Positions 39,429 to 53,441 of a stretch of 64,000 nt of DNA are shown here, one piece after another. The notes beneath the pieces are model-generated. The model was not told the origin of the DNA. It did no database searches and worked only from the letters and a program-made list of their open reading frames with translations. The stretch covers positions 43,648,001-43,712,000 of the forward strand of contig NC_043004.1 of NCBI RefSeq assembly GCF_006345805.1, written 5' to 3'. How positions within the stretch are numbered: position 1 is the stretch's first letter; every line of letters begins with the position of its first letter. This DNA comes from Octopus sinensis (Eukaryota). The position numbers were made by a program, and so were the translations under genes.

Positions 39429-41295
39429 GTATTTCTATGTTTATACTGACAGAAAATTATTAGCAATAAGAATGCTGATATTGTTAAAAACTGCAAACAA
39501 ATCTCTTTGAAATCCGTCTCCACTTTTTCAGGCTACGCTGCACTGACTAATATAAAGTTAGGGACACCGAGGAAAATAATCGCAACTGTGATATTTTGAT
39601 CGGACATCTGCTCGACTATTTTTCGCCTTGGGTTAAATATTGTCATTTCGGTCTCTAATCATCGGCTTATATCGCGCGATAAGTAGAGTCCTCATAGCAT
39701 TGGAGAAAAGAATCTCAGTATTTGATTCTCATTTTTCTTTCTCACTTCAGGTCCAGCGAAAGAAGTTTTTTGCTTTTTGCTTAAAAGATAATAATCAATT
39801 CTAGTATAGCTTTCCAATCCCGTCTGCCTCTTTTTCCATTAATCTCCTTATCTCCGCCAGGTTATTGTTATTCAAGAATGCTAGCTCGTAATAGCTATGA
39901 TCAAGAATTATGGTTCAGCTAGTGACTAGCATGTATTTCTCTTGAAAAAAAAAAAAACTTCGTTACAAAGCGTCGGAATGAATCACCCATTGTTTACATT
40001 CGAGGTCGTGTAAATTTTATATAGCGTAAAACTATACAGAAAATAGACTGAGTTGAAAGCTTACGTGTATAGAAGTTCAAACGAGATAACTACATATTGA
40101 ACACTTTGATCACCTCTTACAAATGTAAAAATTAGTACATTTCCTTCAAATGCTAATTCTTTCTCAATGACAAATGTAAGCCATTCCATTCTCAAAATAC
40201 TTTAGTTTTATCACAATCTTACTGTACATATATAGTATAACGTTTGTTACTGTTAAACTTAATTGAAAAAAAACAAGCATTTTACATATACCTTTTCTTT
40301 GTAAAACTGATTTAGAAAACGAAAAACAAAATGCGAAATCACGTAGTTTTATCAATAAAACTGTATATTCCGTTTGCATTAAAACTCTGAACATAGCTTG
40401 AAGCAAGAGGAGTAAATGACAAGTGTACGTTGAGTTTATAGGAGATATATAAGAAATAAGAAATATTGTAATAGCTTTTAGCTATGCAAAACAAATATAG
40501 ATGTGTACTTTACTCTGAAAGAGATTTTGATGGCAATTTGATAGAAAATACCATACAAATGCCTCCATGGAAAAAATTATTAGTTTAGCATCAGACTCCA
40601 TTTATAGTAAATTTAGATTTACTAGTAACAATAGAAAGTAATCAGAATTTACGATAAGAAAATGGCTAAACATCTTTCTATTCTACTGCAATCCTCTTGT
40701 ATTATTTCCAATATCAACAGAAATGATTATCAATATATTCGTCCAGCACAAATGTTGATATGTTCCTTGGGTTACGTTTTTCAATTTTGGAAGTCATTGT
40801 GATGAGTTTGGTTTGTGTAATTATACTTCTAAAAGTTTTTTTCACTGGGATTGGTTTGTTATTGTGTCCCGCGGTTAGATGTCTGACGATGTTTTAGATT
40901 AATATCTTTAGATTAATTACTAGAATGAACCTTTAATTTTATGTGATGTCTTCAAAACAAATTCCAAGAATAGATTGGAATACATTTATATAGAGTAAAA
41001 TTGAATTTTAGACGTTTCTTTGTTGCATGTTGTTCAATTTTTATAAATATATGTCATTAGCGTATACGGTAAACAAGAAATATATGTTTATTCTGGACGC
41101 TAAGGCAACAGTCACTTCAATATAACTTTTTCTTAGATAAAAGCTATTGATCAATATCTATAAAATGTTTACTACAATATGATAACACAATATAGATAAT
41201 TAACCGAGCTAAGCCTACCTCTAGTACTTGCATAATTTACTGGACGAGGATCTGATATCCAGAGGAAATGTGTATTTAATTTGTGTTTGTGTGTT

Positions 41296-41333
<38 letters not shown>

Positions 41334-41854
41334 ATATATATCAACAGATTTTGGAATGTTACAAGTCACCTAACTCATCAGGTGCTTCAGTGTATGTAAC
41401 ATTAGTGTAACCAAACTTGCGCTAACATGTGTTCTGAAAGAAATTTTCTTTGCTCCAGAGAGAACAACAGATAATATAGAATATATCGTATGCAATTCGT
41501 TTATGAGTAAACTGTAATTTCTCCAAGTCGCACAAATTTCATTTTTATATGCCCTATTATTGAGAAGTAGGTTTATTAGTATGTATGATAAATACGTTTT
41601 TGATGAAAGTAGGATATTGATTTCATAAAGGGATCAATGAAACTGACAACGGAAATTTGAATGCTAATCTTTCGTTATTGGCAGCGGGAATTAAAAGGCA
41701 CGTCAAAGAAAGTTATAAGGAATTTATAATTGTTTTAATGCATGTTTGCAAGTATACAATGTATGTATAGAAGTATACAATGTATTTATGCTGTTTTTAT
41801 GTATGGGGATGTTTTCATCTCACTTTCATGCTCACATAAGTGATTTAACATTTT

Positions 41855-41982
41855 AAAAGACACCTGATGAAATCTGGAGGGTATATCGGCCGAAACGTTG
41901 TGTTAACAACAAACAGGATGAAGACAAATATCCGGCAGATGTAAATAATATACATAATTCCTCATCTCTTAAATATAGAACT
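41855..41982 (+). repeat. Solo Penelope pseudo-LTR fragment with a minimal hammerhead motif (41860-41903)
   Basis: ACAC CTGATGA aatctg...cggcc GAAA CGTT GTGT: 4-bp stem I, palindromic AACGTT in place of stem III, partly decayed stem II. Confidence 0.7.
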
Positions 41983-42075
41983 ATGAAACTGATTAGATTC
42001 AAACTGCACGGACCACTTGAAAGGTGGGCTTTAATAAAAGTTTGTTTACATGGAATTATCATAATTATTCCAAAT

Positions 42076-42335
42076 AGGCGCAGGAGTTGTTGTGTGGTAA
42101 ATAGCTTGCTTACCAACCACATGGCACCTTGGACAATTGTCTTCAACCATAGCCTCGATAGATGGAAACTGAAAGAAGCCCGTCGTATATATGTATGTAT
42201 ATATATGCAAATATATGTTTGTGTGTCTGTGTTTGTCCGCCTACCCTCGCTTAACAAGTGGTTCGGCAAAAGAGGCCGATACTGGGTCTCAACTAAAGGC
42301 CACAAATGACTGAAACAAGTAAAAGAGTAAAGAGT
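42076..42335 (+). mobile_element. SINE family C with internal deletions
   Basis: aggcgcaggag...gtgtggtaaatagcttgcttaccaaccacatgg head and aaatgactgaaacaagtaaaagag tail. Confidence 0.85.
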
Positions 42336-42544
42336 AATATACACGTGTCTGTGCAGCATTCATTCAGACAGAGAGGGATTTATCATGAAGATAATTAACT
42401 TGATCATTCAAAATCAATCATATCGAAGAAATAGAAGTGCCCAGTATCTAACGTGTTTAGTACTTTCCAGATCTTTATTCTAATTTGAAAACCGGTTGAG
42501 GTGAATTTAACTTTTCATTATCAACAAAAAAAAAAAAAAGAAAA

Positions 42545-42760
42545 ACGAAACCAAACGGAAACCGAGTAACTTCGGCGGCAGCAGCGGAACAGTGCGCGAC
42601 TGCTGAAGCCAGTCGCAGGAGAGGAAGGAAGGAAGACTGAGAGAGAGAGTGAGGATCGTGGAGCCGCAAAGCGTGCAGCACCGTCGGTCGAGCGCTCTGG
42701 TTGCCGGGCGGGCGCTGGCTGGATGGGAGTTGCGCGGACGTAAACGGCAAACAAAGGTCT
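42545..42760. promoter_or_regulatory. GC/CpG-rich island, candidate promoter, 5' UTR or conserved non-coding element
   Basis: The most conspicuous GC- and CpG-rich stretch outside recognisable TEs in this AT-rich window; contains a GA repeat and a GCGACTG/CAGTCGC hairpin; matches none of the repeat families seen here. Confidence 0.45.
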
Positions 42761-43014
42761 AAATTTAGATAAGTTGCTCCTAAATTTAAAACCATAATTA
42801 CATACATGAGGATCGTGATGTAGAAGACTCTATAAAAAGAGTAAAAAGAGAGTTTGTATTCCCTTAGATTTCTAATTTCAATTTCCACAATAGGGATTCA
42901 TTCGTCATTCGGAGTTTTCGGGTTGAAAACATTGTTCCAGAGAAGAACAAGAAGTAGGAGCAATATAAACAAAAACAAAAAATTATTCCCCAGTTTATGC
43001 GATACCACAGAGTA

Positions 43015-43105
43015 TTTGCGTAATCGTTAGCGCATTTGGCAAAATGCTTAGCGGCATTTGCCCCGACTCTTTACTTTCTAAGCACAGATGATGCCGTGGT
43101 CAAAA
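43015..43105 (+). mobile_element. Decayed 5' part of SINE family A
   Basis: aatcgttagcgcatttggcaaaatgcttagcggcattt matches the family A head. Confidence 0.6.
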
Positions 43106-45289
43106 TAAAATAACAGTAAGTAATGAACTCGACGTCATAGACTCGCCCATGTCTTCAATATTATAAGTCTTGTTCACAAAAATTAGATAAAATTATTGCA
43201 ACTAGGAATAATGTGAAAAAAATATAACGGATAAAACCTTTTAAGAACCGCTCCATAAAGATTGCATCTTCAGTATACGCTCTTCGTTCGAATCTCTCTG
43301 GAATCAATTTTGCCTTTTATTGTTTTCTCTGATCAATAAAATAGCTGACGATGAGAAGCGGTAACAATGTAATCCGATACACTTTATATACAAAACGTTA
43401 ACTGGAATGCTTAAGAGGGGGTTTCAAATCTTGTTTTCTGTGTGCAGCGTTTCGAGCTATGTCTTTAAAATGCAAGACTATGTCTCTTATGCACCTGTCC
43501 CTAACATGTATTGTATAGTAGATACTTTTCATTGTATATCTATGTGAAAATGTTACAAATAGTCTGTAATAATCATAAACGCGCACCTAGCATTTACGTA
43601 ATTGGTTCACATAAATATAGAAAGATAATAGACTATAACAACGTAAAAGTGAAATAATAGGGTAATAAAGTTGTTAGGTCGGATCTCGAACACTGATGAG
43701 CTCAGGTAAGGCAATATTAAAGTCATTATCTCTGTGCTACACCAGTCCTGTATTATCTAATAAGTGCCGTCTTTATTTAAATGCCTGATGTGAATTGTGG
43801 ATTTCTCGATTTAGAAGATCGATCATACACTACGAATTAATAGGTTAGGTTTGTTAGCTAGTACTTCGTTACTATGGATTGTTGTCTTGATATCTCTAAT
43901 AATGTTAGTAAGTCAGTTTTTGAAAGTTGGGTTATTTTGTACATAACTTAACAATTATCAAATTAGGTGAACTGCGCATTTCAGTGAAACATTAATCATT
44001 GTTCAACTTCTCAATACGGTAGGAACGTCCGGATTCACAGCTTTTCTTGCATAAGGGATTACAGCAATATATATTTGGACCTTCAGCAGCACATATATTT
44101 ATGGTTATGTATTTGCTCTAAATAAATCACAGTGTCGTATTTTTTCAGAATATTATTTGCAGAATGAATGAAAGAAGTCAACTGTATATTTTACACAACC
44201 GAGGAAATAACAAATGAATTAACATAGTGATAAGTGATTGTGAATCATTTTCATTCCAGATGAAAAGATAGCATTTATTAGATGAAGACATATAATTGTA
44301 TTTGATATCATTGATGTCGTTCTAGACACACAGTGGTGTATGTGGATTTTATTTGAAAAATGTATGTTGATCGAGAGCGGAGGTTATTGGTAGAAATGTT
44401 GGCTATTCGAGAGGATGTTGGTCGGTATATAAAGATGAAAGAAACACTTGAATCATTCACTTTAGCAGAGATGAAAGATACATTTAATTGAATAACGCTT
44501 ACGGCACCAGTAGATAAATCGAAATGTATTTACATACATTGTTTTATAACCAATATCGCCCAGTCAAATTGGTGTTTATTTGTTCCAGTGATTCGCTAAC
44601 CGTATACACATACACAAATGATATTTTAGTCAGATGGAAAGTGATTGAGAGATAATAGAAAGTGAAAAGGAAAGATCGACAACTGAAACGGTATTTTATT
44701 CCTAATTTGAAAAGTTCTATGGCTGATAATAAACGAATACATAGTGTCAAGTATGAAGGGAGTTTCGTCAATTGGATACTAGTATGCACAAATTGATTTG
44801 TATAAACTGTCCTAGAATGAAATGACAATTATTTCAGTACAAAGCCTGCAGGAATGCATGTTGAAGAATGATTGAATGACAGATAATTCTAAAGACATAG
44901 GATTCGTTTGTATGAATACGTTAATAATTAAATCAAAATGTTCCAGGCTCTAGTACAGCTAAATAGGCATCGTGTCAAACACTTAAAACAAACACTTAAA
45001 AACTAAACGCATTAGTAATACGTACATACATATGTGTATATGTATATATATATTATATATATACATATATATATAAACATATATGGATATATACATATTT
45101 ATATGTATATGTATATATATATATATATACACATACGTACACATATACAGACATACATAAATTGTTATCTAAAATACGCAATGATTAAAATAATACCGAT
45201 ATCTCATTTTAACATATATATTTACTAAAATTACATTAAACTATCTTGAAATATTAAAGAGTAAATTTCACACATAATAATAAAGGTGA

Positions 45290-45890
45290 TTGCAGTCTAG
45301 GACGTTATTTGGCCAGTTGTTTGGGGTGATGAAGTCCCATAAATTGTTTGAGAGTCATAACTGGGTTCTCCTGCTTGAGTGACATGGTGCAGAGTCTTAC
45401 ATTAAAAACGATCTTTCAGTAGCAACCTTTTTAATGTAAGACTCAGTGTTGATTTTGAGTCTGTCTGGGCTGATGAATGGAGACATAACGTCACCATCAC
45501 TGCTGATTACTCCATACACCATGCTGTTGATTTGATGTTTGATTTTTATCACTCTCAGTACATGTTTTGGGGACTCGGCAATCCAACGGTTATTTTGTGA
45601 GTTCACCATCTGACCCTGGCAGAAATTTTTCTCGTCTGAGAAAGACTAAAGCATGTTCGGTTGGAGGGAATAGTTGAGTTTGTTCAAAAGCTTCGTAGCG
45701 CGGTCTTTCTTCGTGCGTATCCTCTACACTGTCCTCAGATTGATAACCAAATACTGAAATCTTCGCATTGTGGTTTCCGGCGCGAATGTCAGGCAGTACA
45801 GGATGTCTTTTCCCAAAATTTCTGATACAGTGAATTGCATCATGGTGCGGTTTTTCCCGCAGTCACTGCCCAACGGACCCTACTATACTG
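45290..45890 (-). pseudogene. IS630-Tc1-mariner transposase remnant, maT/DD37D-like
   Basis: FSDEKNFCQGQMVNSQNNRW...MVYGVISSDGDVM.PF and QDSAPCHSSRRTQ are recognisable on the minus strand. Confidence 0.88.
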
Positions 45891-46008
45891 TGTAGTAGAA
45901 AAAATCAAATACAAATAATGCGTATGCACGAAGTTAAAGATATAAAAAGGCAACATGATACCCATCGCAACTTATGTATGTATGTATGTATGCATGTATG
46001 TATGTATG

Positions 46009-46114
<106 letters not shown>

Positions 46115-47049
46115 TTATACATTTCTTCTGCATGATTCGTGATGTGAAATCGTGTTTTGAAACAAATATTGTTATATTTCGGAATTTTTACCTATGAGTT
46201 TGTAGTTCCTTAATGAACTACAAACTCATAGGTAATATATACATATATACATACATACAAACAAACACATGTATACTTAAATACGCACAAACACATCTCC
46301 CCCTTATATTTCACTGTTCCTATCTCCCTCTGTATACATGCGTAGCGCGTGTGCACATCTCCATTAATAGAAAAGAGAAGACACGATTTGTTGACGACAG
46401 AGTACTTCCAAACAATATTTGGAGAAAAATTAAATTAGTTATATTTTACTGGTGTTTGTTGCTCTCATGTTATTACCTCGATGTACTATCATTAGTCACT
46501 TTCAATCGTTCCTACGAGAAGAAACTTTCTATTCTCGTCTTCATTATCACTCGAGTCTGAATCTTTTACATCTAAACTTCCCTTGTCTGCTTCCATCTTC
46601 CGCTTTTTGCACATTGATTCTTCATATTTTTTGTAGGTGTTTCCTTCTCATTTTCATATTTCGTACTTTATCATGTCTATTGTCTTCACTCTGTTACAAT
46701 TTTTATTGCTTGAAGAAAAGAAATTGAATTTTATCTGGTTCTTGCCATAGTTTATCTAAGTATCGTTATTCGCATTTAGTTTTACTTATTTTAAACCTGG
46801 CATGTTTAGTTTTGTCTTTGGAATAATCATCATCATCATCATCAACATCAACATCATCATCATCATCATCATAACAATCATCATCACTACGATTTTTACA
46901 CACATACACACAAGCGCGCGAGCACATATGCAAGCACATACTCACAGATACCTGATGTTAAGCGTTAATTCCTCGATTCTCAGCGAAGTCCTGTGCTGGA
47001 CCCCCGTTGTTTTTGGTGGCCCTGTCAGAAGTATGATTGCAGGGCAACT

Positions 47050-47760
47050 AGACTGATGACATTCTAAAACTGCAGAAAGATCTGAATACAATGTGCAAGT
47101 AGTCTGATGAATATAATACGCTGTTCAATGCTGAGAAGTTTCAAAGTCTCCACTTACGGCCCACAAACAGTCTATACCCCGAGTACAGAGGTCCGGATTA
47201 TAGTGTCATCCCAAAATCAAAGTCGGTCACTGACATGGGAATCCAGTAAGTACTGATGCAACATTTCATGTGGATATTACGAAGGTGACGTTAATATGCA
47301 GACATGATGCGCGGAACCCTAGGCATTCCAGTGTCAGACTCGGTGACACAGCTGAGCTACTGGGAGAGGCTAAAGGAAATGAATCTCTACTACCAAAGTG
47401 GTAGACTCGCAAGATATTCAGCGATACACATATGGAATGCCTTGGATACTGTAGCTAAAAATTTGGGAACTGAAGATTATACCAGCAACTGGACAGCAAT
47501 GCATATAAAATTATCCCATCTCGTAAAATAAGGAGCTAGTTTTGTAATAGCTTCGGTTTGAAGGACCCACATTAACTTAACATTGTACTAAACAGCCTAA
47601 GTATTTGCGACGTGTAGATATGGAGGTCTTCAAAGCGGGCTTGGATAATATCAGATGAACCGACATCGAGGCAGATGACATAAATGAAGGTAAATCCATT
47701 CAGCTCGCTACTTCACCAGAAACCATGTATGCATCTAACAGTCTGATTGGGGGGGGGCGT
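47050..47760 (+). pseudogene. CR1/L2-group LINE RT 3' remnant
   Basis: LQKDLNTMCK*SDEYN.LFNAEKFQ.LH and LSYWERLKEMNLY....R..RY..I.IW. Confidence 0.8.
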
Positions 47761-48268
47761 TATGGGATGACTCGGCGTAATTACTCCTATTTGTACACGG
47801 TGGCAAGTAACGTGAATGACATTGTGTCATTGAACATGGCAGGAATATCATAAAAATGACCTGTATTTTGTGTCAGTTTGCAGTTTTCCGGTTTCTGTTG
47901 CTGAGGAGGAGATAATCACTCCGAGATGTATGCATCAAGCAGGAAGGTTAGGAATTGATTCGGAGTATGAACACCTAATTGTGTACTGCGAGAAATTTTC
48001 TTCATGAAAAAATAGTGTACGGTTATCTTATGGGTTCCAATATGCCTCAAGCGTGTACGCACACACACACACATACACACACAAATATACACATATATAT
48101 GCATCTATGTAGATAGAGCGTTGTAGACATTAATTTATATGTATATTTAAACCTATGTATTCTTTTATTTTTTTCGTTCTTTCTCATGTTTCAGCTCTAA
48201 GCCTGTGGCCATGCTGGGGCAGGCGTATATTTATCTATGTTGATGATGGTAATGATGGTAATGATGAT

Positions 48269-48660
48269 GGCGAGCTGGTAGAAATATTAGCACGCCAGGC
48301 GAAATGCCAAGCGGTATTTCGTCTGCCGTTACGTTCTGAGTTCAAATTCCGCCGAGGTCGACTTTGCCTTTCATCCTTTCGGGGTCGATAAATTAAGTAC
48401 CAGTTACGCACTGGAGTCGATATAATCGACTTAATCCGTCTGTCTATCCTTGTTTATCCCCTCTGTGTTTAGCCCCCTGAGGGCAATAAAGAAATAAGAA
48501 ATAATAAATAGGGTCGACTTGCCTTTCATCCTTTCGGGGTCGATAAATTAAGTTCCAGTTACGCACTGGGGTCGATATAATCGACTTAATCCGTCCGTCT
48601 GTCCTTGTTTGTCCCCTCTGTGTTTAACTCCTTGTGGGTAGTAAAGAAATAGAAATAGGT
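48269..48660 (+). mobile_element. SINE family A, full copy (48269-48500) followed by a tandem 3'-half copy (48511-48660)
   Basis: ggcgagctggtagaa...ttctgagttcaaattccgccgaggtcgactttgcctttcatcctttcggggtcgataaattaagtaccag; the 3' half is repeated immediately downstream. Confidence 0.92.
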
Positions 48661-50179
48661 AATAATGATGATGATGAGAAGGCGGAATGGGATGAGGATG
48701 AAGAAAAGGATGAGGAAGAGGATGAAGAAGAAGAAGAGGAGTAACAAAATGGACATAAAATTACTTCAAGTCAGGAAAATGGAAATTGTAATATTGAAAT
48801 GCAAGCAGATGTGTCGGCGAAACTAACAGTTTTTTTCTTAGTGACTTCGATAATACAATTACTATTTTGATATGAGCTATATAATTTTATTATTATTATT
48901 TTATAAAATTATATTATAAAAGAAAATTTAACAGCTTGCAGCTATTGCACGAACGTTTCGCTGAAATTTTACTTCTTTTTCTCCAACTTGTTCTTCTGCT
49001 AATTTTCTTTCGTATTTTTCTTCTTCTTCCTTTTCTTCTGCCTTTACTTTTCCTTTCTCTCTTCCTTCGTCTTCTCATTCTTTTCTCTTTTAATTTTCGT
49101 TCCTGTTTTCTATTGTTTATTGCAAATACAATGTTTCCCAGTCACACCCCATTAACACATTTTCCAATTATTTCTTGCACTTTTAATATCTATTCTTTAC
49201 ACCTAAAACATTCCTTGAAATATTAGCTTCGTAATTTAATCGTTTATCATTCACTATTACAAAATCATTCAACTCCCCTTCATTAACGTAACCTTTCACT
49301 TTAGACGTCATCGCCAGAGAGTTATTGGATCTATATATTTTCAATATCAGTACGTTTTTAAATGCAAGTGGAACCATACACTGATCTTGCTCTATATTCA
49401 AAACTTATCTCAGTTACCTTTACTATTAATTAATTTTTATATCTTTTGTTTGTATTGTTTTACTCACAATTATCCATTATTCGCCGTAACATTTTTAACT
49501 AGCACTCGCTCACTTCTGACACATATTTTCGATAGCATTATAAAATTCAATAATTTTTATTAATACGGAAGTCTTCATTATTTCTTATTCCAGTAGTTGC
49601 TTAGATTTAAAGTACGTACAGAAAACGTGTCAACAGAATCATTTGTTTGTTTTCAATTAAGACGTGGACCATAAAACCTGACACGTTGTAAAAACATAGA
49701 CCAAGATATTTTCTCAATCTGTATATAACTACTATTCAAATCAAATGTACTCATTGAGGAAGTGCAAGATTTGTTTACATAATAATAGAGCTTTCGGAAA
49801 AGATCAAACGAATAGAAACATATAAGTGGGCATATGTTCGCATTTAGTTACACGGGCAAAGATATTATAGCGTTCAACAGTGCAAACAACATCGTGCACG
49901 TCTTTTGCTTAAGCTTGTGAAATCCCAACTCGTAAAATCCCAAATCCAACAACAAATTGAGGGATGTCATGTTTGCCAGAGGTTGTGGATTGTAAGGTTT
50001 TATTAATAACATATCTTGGCATCAGGCCTGAGTAACATTCAAGGTAAGATTTACGCACCCTTGAGGGTAAGATGAGGGCGAATCATGGAACTTTGCTAAG
50101 TTCTTTCCGAGAAATATTGACTCGTGAAACATCGGTGTCACATGGGGCGTCATCGATAGACCTCTTTGTCTCTTTGTCG

Positions 50180-50402
50180 GCAGAATCGTTAGTGCGTCGG
50201 ACGAAATGCTTAGCGGTATTTCGTCTGCCGCTACGTTCTGAGTTCAAATTCCGCCGAGGTTGACTTTGCCTTTCATCCTTTCGGAGTCGATAAATTAAGT
50301 ACCAGTTACGTACTGCGGTCGATATAATCGACTTAATCCCTTTTATCTGTCCTTTTTTGTCCCCTCTATATTTAGCCTCTTGTGGGCAATAAAGAAATAA
50401 AG
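50180..50402 (+). mobile_element. SINE family A
   Basis: Same head, gcctttcatcctttcgg central domain and aataaagaaat tail. Confidence 0.92.
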
Positions 50403-50599
50403 ACCTCCTTGTCTACTGACCTGTAATTTGCGACGAACCGAAAAAATTACTGGTAATATTTTTTCACCAAAGTTACAGCTCGTTAATAAATTCCAAACAT
50501 CTGGTGGTTTATATCTTGTAAAGAGGTATGCAATCACAGTTTGCCAGTGATAAGGCTCATTCCCTTCATTGCTCCATCATCGTGGTCGAGAAACACCCT

Positions 50600-51560
50600 A
50601 CTCTGATTGATAAACTGAAATGTTATAATAACACCACATTTTACCAAATATCCCCAAGGAAACTGTCAGTGCTATCCTAACTTTGCACAGATACTCAATC
50701 TATAGGTCTATATGCAACCGGCGTCAGAGAGGTCTTTAACATAGTGGATGGTGTCCTCCAGAGTGCCAGCTTGGAATCACACCGTACTTCTTCATTGTAC
50801 GTCTATATTATGCTCTATGCCTCTAAATGAGAAGGAAAATAAAAGATTCACTCTTGTGATGCAATGTCTCTCTTGCACAGCCTTAAAAGTGCTGCTAAAA
50901 GTGTTGGTCTCTACGTTGGTCTCCGGCAAGATAGAATATATGATGTACAATGAGAGCGGTAATATTAGTTCCACATGTGAATAATCCATGAAAAACTTTG
51001 ACAAGTTCATATACCTCAGAAGTAAAATCGCAAAGGAAGATATTATCGCAAATGATGTGCATATCCGAATCGGCAAACCCGGTCAGCTTTAAATATATAA
51101 TCAACAGTCGTAAAAATGAAACGTGATTTCCTTCAAGCAGTTGTGCAATCACTTTTGGCATGTGGATGTACAGCATGGACTCTAACAAACATCTTGAAAT
51201 GTAAATTGATGAAACTTATACAACAATGTTTCGAGCTGCTCTGGATATCTCCTGAACACGACACACTCTGAACGGACCTCCCTATGGTAATTTACAACAA
51301 ATAATAATGTCATCAGAGAAAGAAGAACAATATTCGCTGGACAATGCTGGAGAGCAAAATATGAGCTCATCAGTGACTTTCTTCTTTGGAAATCGAAGCA
51401 TGAGTACACAAACGGTTGGTACACCTTGTGGAACCTACACAGAACGACTGGGTGAGGATTCCGTGTGCATCCAAGAAGACCTACCACATGCAATGCCGAA
51501 CCGAACAGACGGGAGACAACGGGTCACGACGATCCGTGCAATAAGCACGACCGGATAATG
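50600..51560 (+). pseudogene. RTE-clade LINE RT remnant with (GAT)n 3' tail
   Basis: IPKETVSAI..., GVLQ, DKF.YL.S, IRIGK, F.QAVVQSLL..GCTAWTLT and RERR..FAG.CWR; followed by a gatgatgat tail. Confidence 0.82.
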
Positions 51561-51766
51561 ATGATGATGATGATGAAGAGGAGGATGAGGATGAGGTGGA
51601 GGAAGACGAGAATATGGTTAAAAACGATATTAGCTCGTATTCCTTTGAATTTTAGTAAACAATTTGCTTTTTCATAAAGACTTAGAGAGCATTCATTTGA
51701 TTTTTATTAATGTCAAACTTCATGTAAATGCATCACATTTTTGTTTTCCTCTTTTGAATGTAATAT

Positions 51767-51853
51767 CTATTATGATTTGGGAATGTTTCCAGCCTATTAT
51801 TTTGATTTGGGGATGTTTCCAGTCTATTATGATTTGGGGATGTTTCCAGTCTA
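51767..51853. repeat. Minisatellite, three units of 27-30 bp
   Basis: ctattatgatttggg(a/g)atgtttccag(c/t) x3. Confidence 0.92.
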
Positions 51854-52589
51854 TTTATTGTTTCTATTAAAATGTTTCTCGTGTGGCAATTACTATGTTT
51901 TTATTCACCACATCATTTTTCTGTACGTTTTCCTGTTGTCATTGATTTGATATTGTTATTAATTGCTTTGTGCTTATTTTACTTATTACGATATAATTTT
52001 CTGTAACATTCACTGATATTCCTGCCACTTCCCATGCACGTATTTGTCATTTGTGGGTTTGCAGCAAAATTCATTTCTTATAAATATTTGCATACAATTT
52101 ATTTTATTCAATAATTTTGTATCGTGTTTTTCCGTACCCTCTCGTAAATTCCCGATTATTCCGTCATCATTTCAGCACACTTTTCTCACAATGTTACGAG
52201 CTAGAAATATTGGGGTTCAATATATTCCTATTGATTGGTTCTCATTCTACCTCTGGTGATGTATTTCTAAATACCAGGCAGAGGAGTATATTTCAGTCTA
52301 ACAATTTTAGTTTTGAAGTTGTCAGAGGTATATAAGCAAACTCGGGCATACATACACAAATTATGACTGTTGTTACATCGTGGATCGGCTGCAATTTTGT
52401 GGGGCAAACGAGAATGTATTCGCTATGCGCCAAGTGTAGGAAACACCTGAAAGTAAGTCATAGTCAAGCTTAACAACTCACATAAGTCCCTTCTCGTAGC
52501 AAGAGACATAGATATTTCTTCTTTGTTGGGATTTATCAATGCCGAATACCAAACAAGGCCCGCTTCAAGGCATATCGCCAACTATGACT

Positions 52590-52770
52590 ATATGTTAAAT
52601 GGTTTAAGCGTCCAGAGTTCACATTCTGAGTTCAATTGCCGCCGTGGTCAACTTAGTCCTTTATACATTCGTGGCATATGAAATACGTACCAGTTTAGCA
52701 CTGGTGTTTATGTAATCGACTTACACCCAACGCCGAACTTGATGGCAATGTGCCAAAATTTAGAACAAAT
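52590..52770 (+). mobile_element. Highly decayed SINE family A
   Basis: cattctgagttcaattgccgccgtggtcaactt...gtaccagtttagcactgg...gtaatcgactta. Confidence 0.65.
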
Positions 52771-53039
52771 ATTCACGGGCTTCTAATGATTTTCTCCTCA
52801 CTAATTGACCGTGCTTATTGTGCAGTTAGTATTTTGCATTTGTGCTTTGATTGTGAATCTAGTATAAAATATGAAGTAACGACCAACGAGGGATTATAGT
52901 TTGGTGATGAAATTTTCCTGCTCATGATATTTTTGCCGCTGCACTTATATCTAAAGGGCATGAGACTTATTTTTTCCTTTTAATATTTCCAGTTATTTTG
53001 TAATAATTATTTCAAATTTTTCCCAGAAGGGCAGCATCG

Positions 53040-53441
53040 AGAGGTGGAGATGAGTCAATTACATCGACCCCAATGTTCAAATTCTACATATCTTTTCGAC
53101 CCATAAACGCTGAAAGAAAAAAATCAACCTCGGCGGAATATGAACACAGAATGTAGCGACGTGCGAAATACTTCTAAGCATTTCGTTCAGTTTGCTATCT
53201 ATTCTGCCAGCTCTCCGCCGTTAGTTATTCTGTAATACTCATTTAAATCTTTTTTCCACAGGGGCACCTTGGGAGAGGGGCTCGATTTGGCTACATCGAT
53301 CCCAGTGCATAACTGATACTTATTTAATCGAACCCGAAAGGCTGAAAGGCAAAATAGAATTCGGCGGAATTCGAACTGAGAATGTAGCAACAGACGCTAA
53401 GTATTTCGCCCGGCGTGCTAACAATTCTGCCAGCACGCCGT
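53040..53441 (-). mobile_element. Two adjacent SINE family A copies (53040-53220 and about 53240-53441)
   Basis: Both reverse-complement to ggcg..ctggcagaat...; an identical 17-mer ttagttattctgtaata lies at 53221 and 53443. Confidence 0.82.

Noticed and set aside
43690-43720. CTGATGAGCTC hammerhead-like start; similar isolated CTGATGAG motifs at about 8128 (plus) and 41375 (minus)
   Set aside because: No correctly placed GAAA or closing stems.
51767-51853. Three spaced repeats superficially resembling a CRISPR array
   Set aside because: The units are contiguous with no unique spacers; eukaryotic minisatellite.
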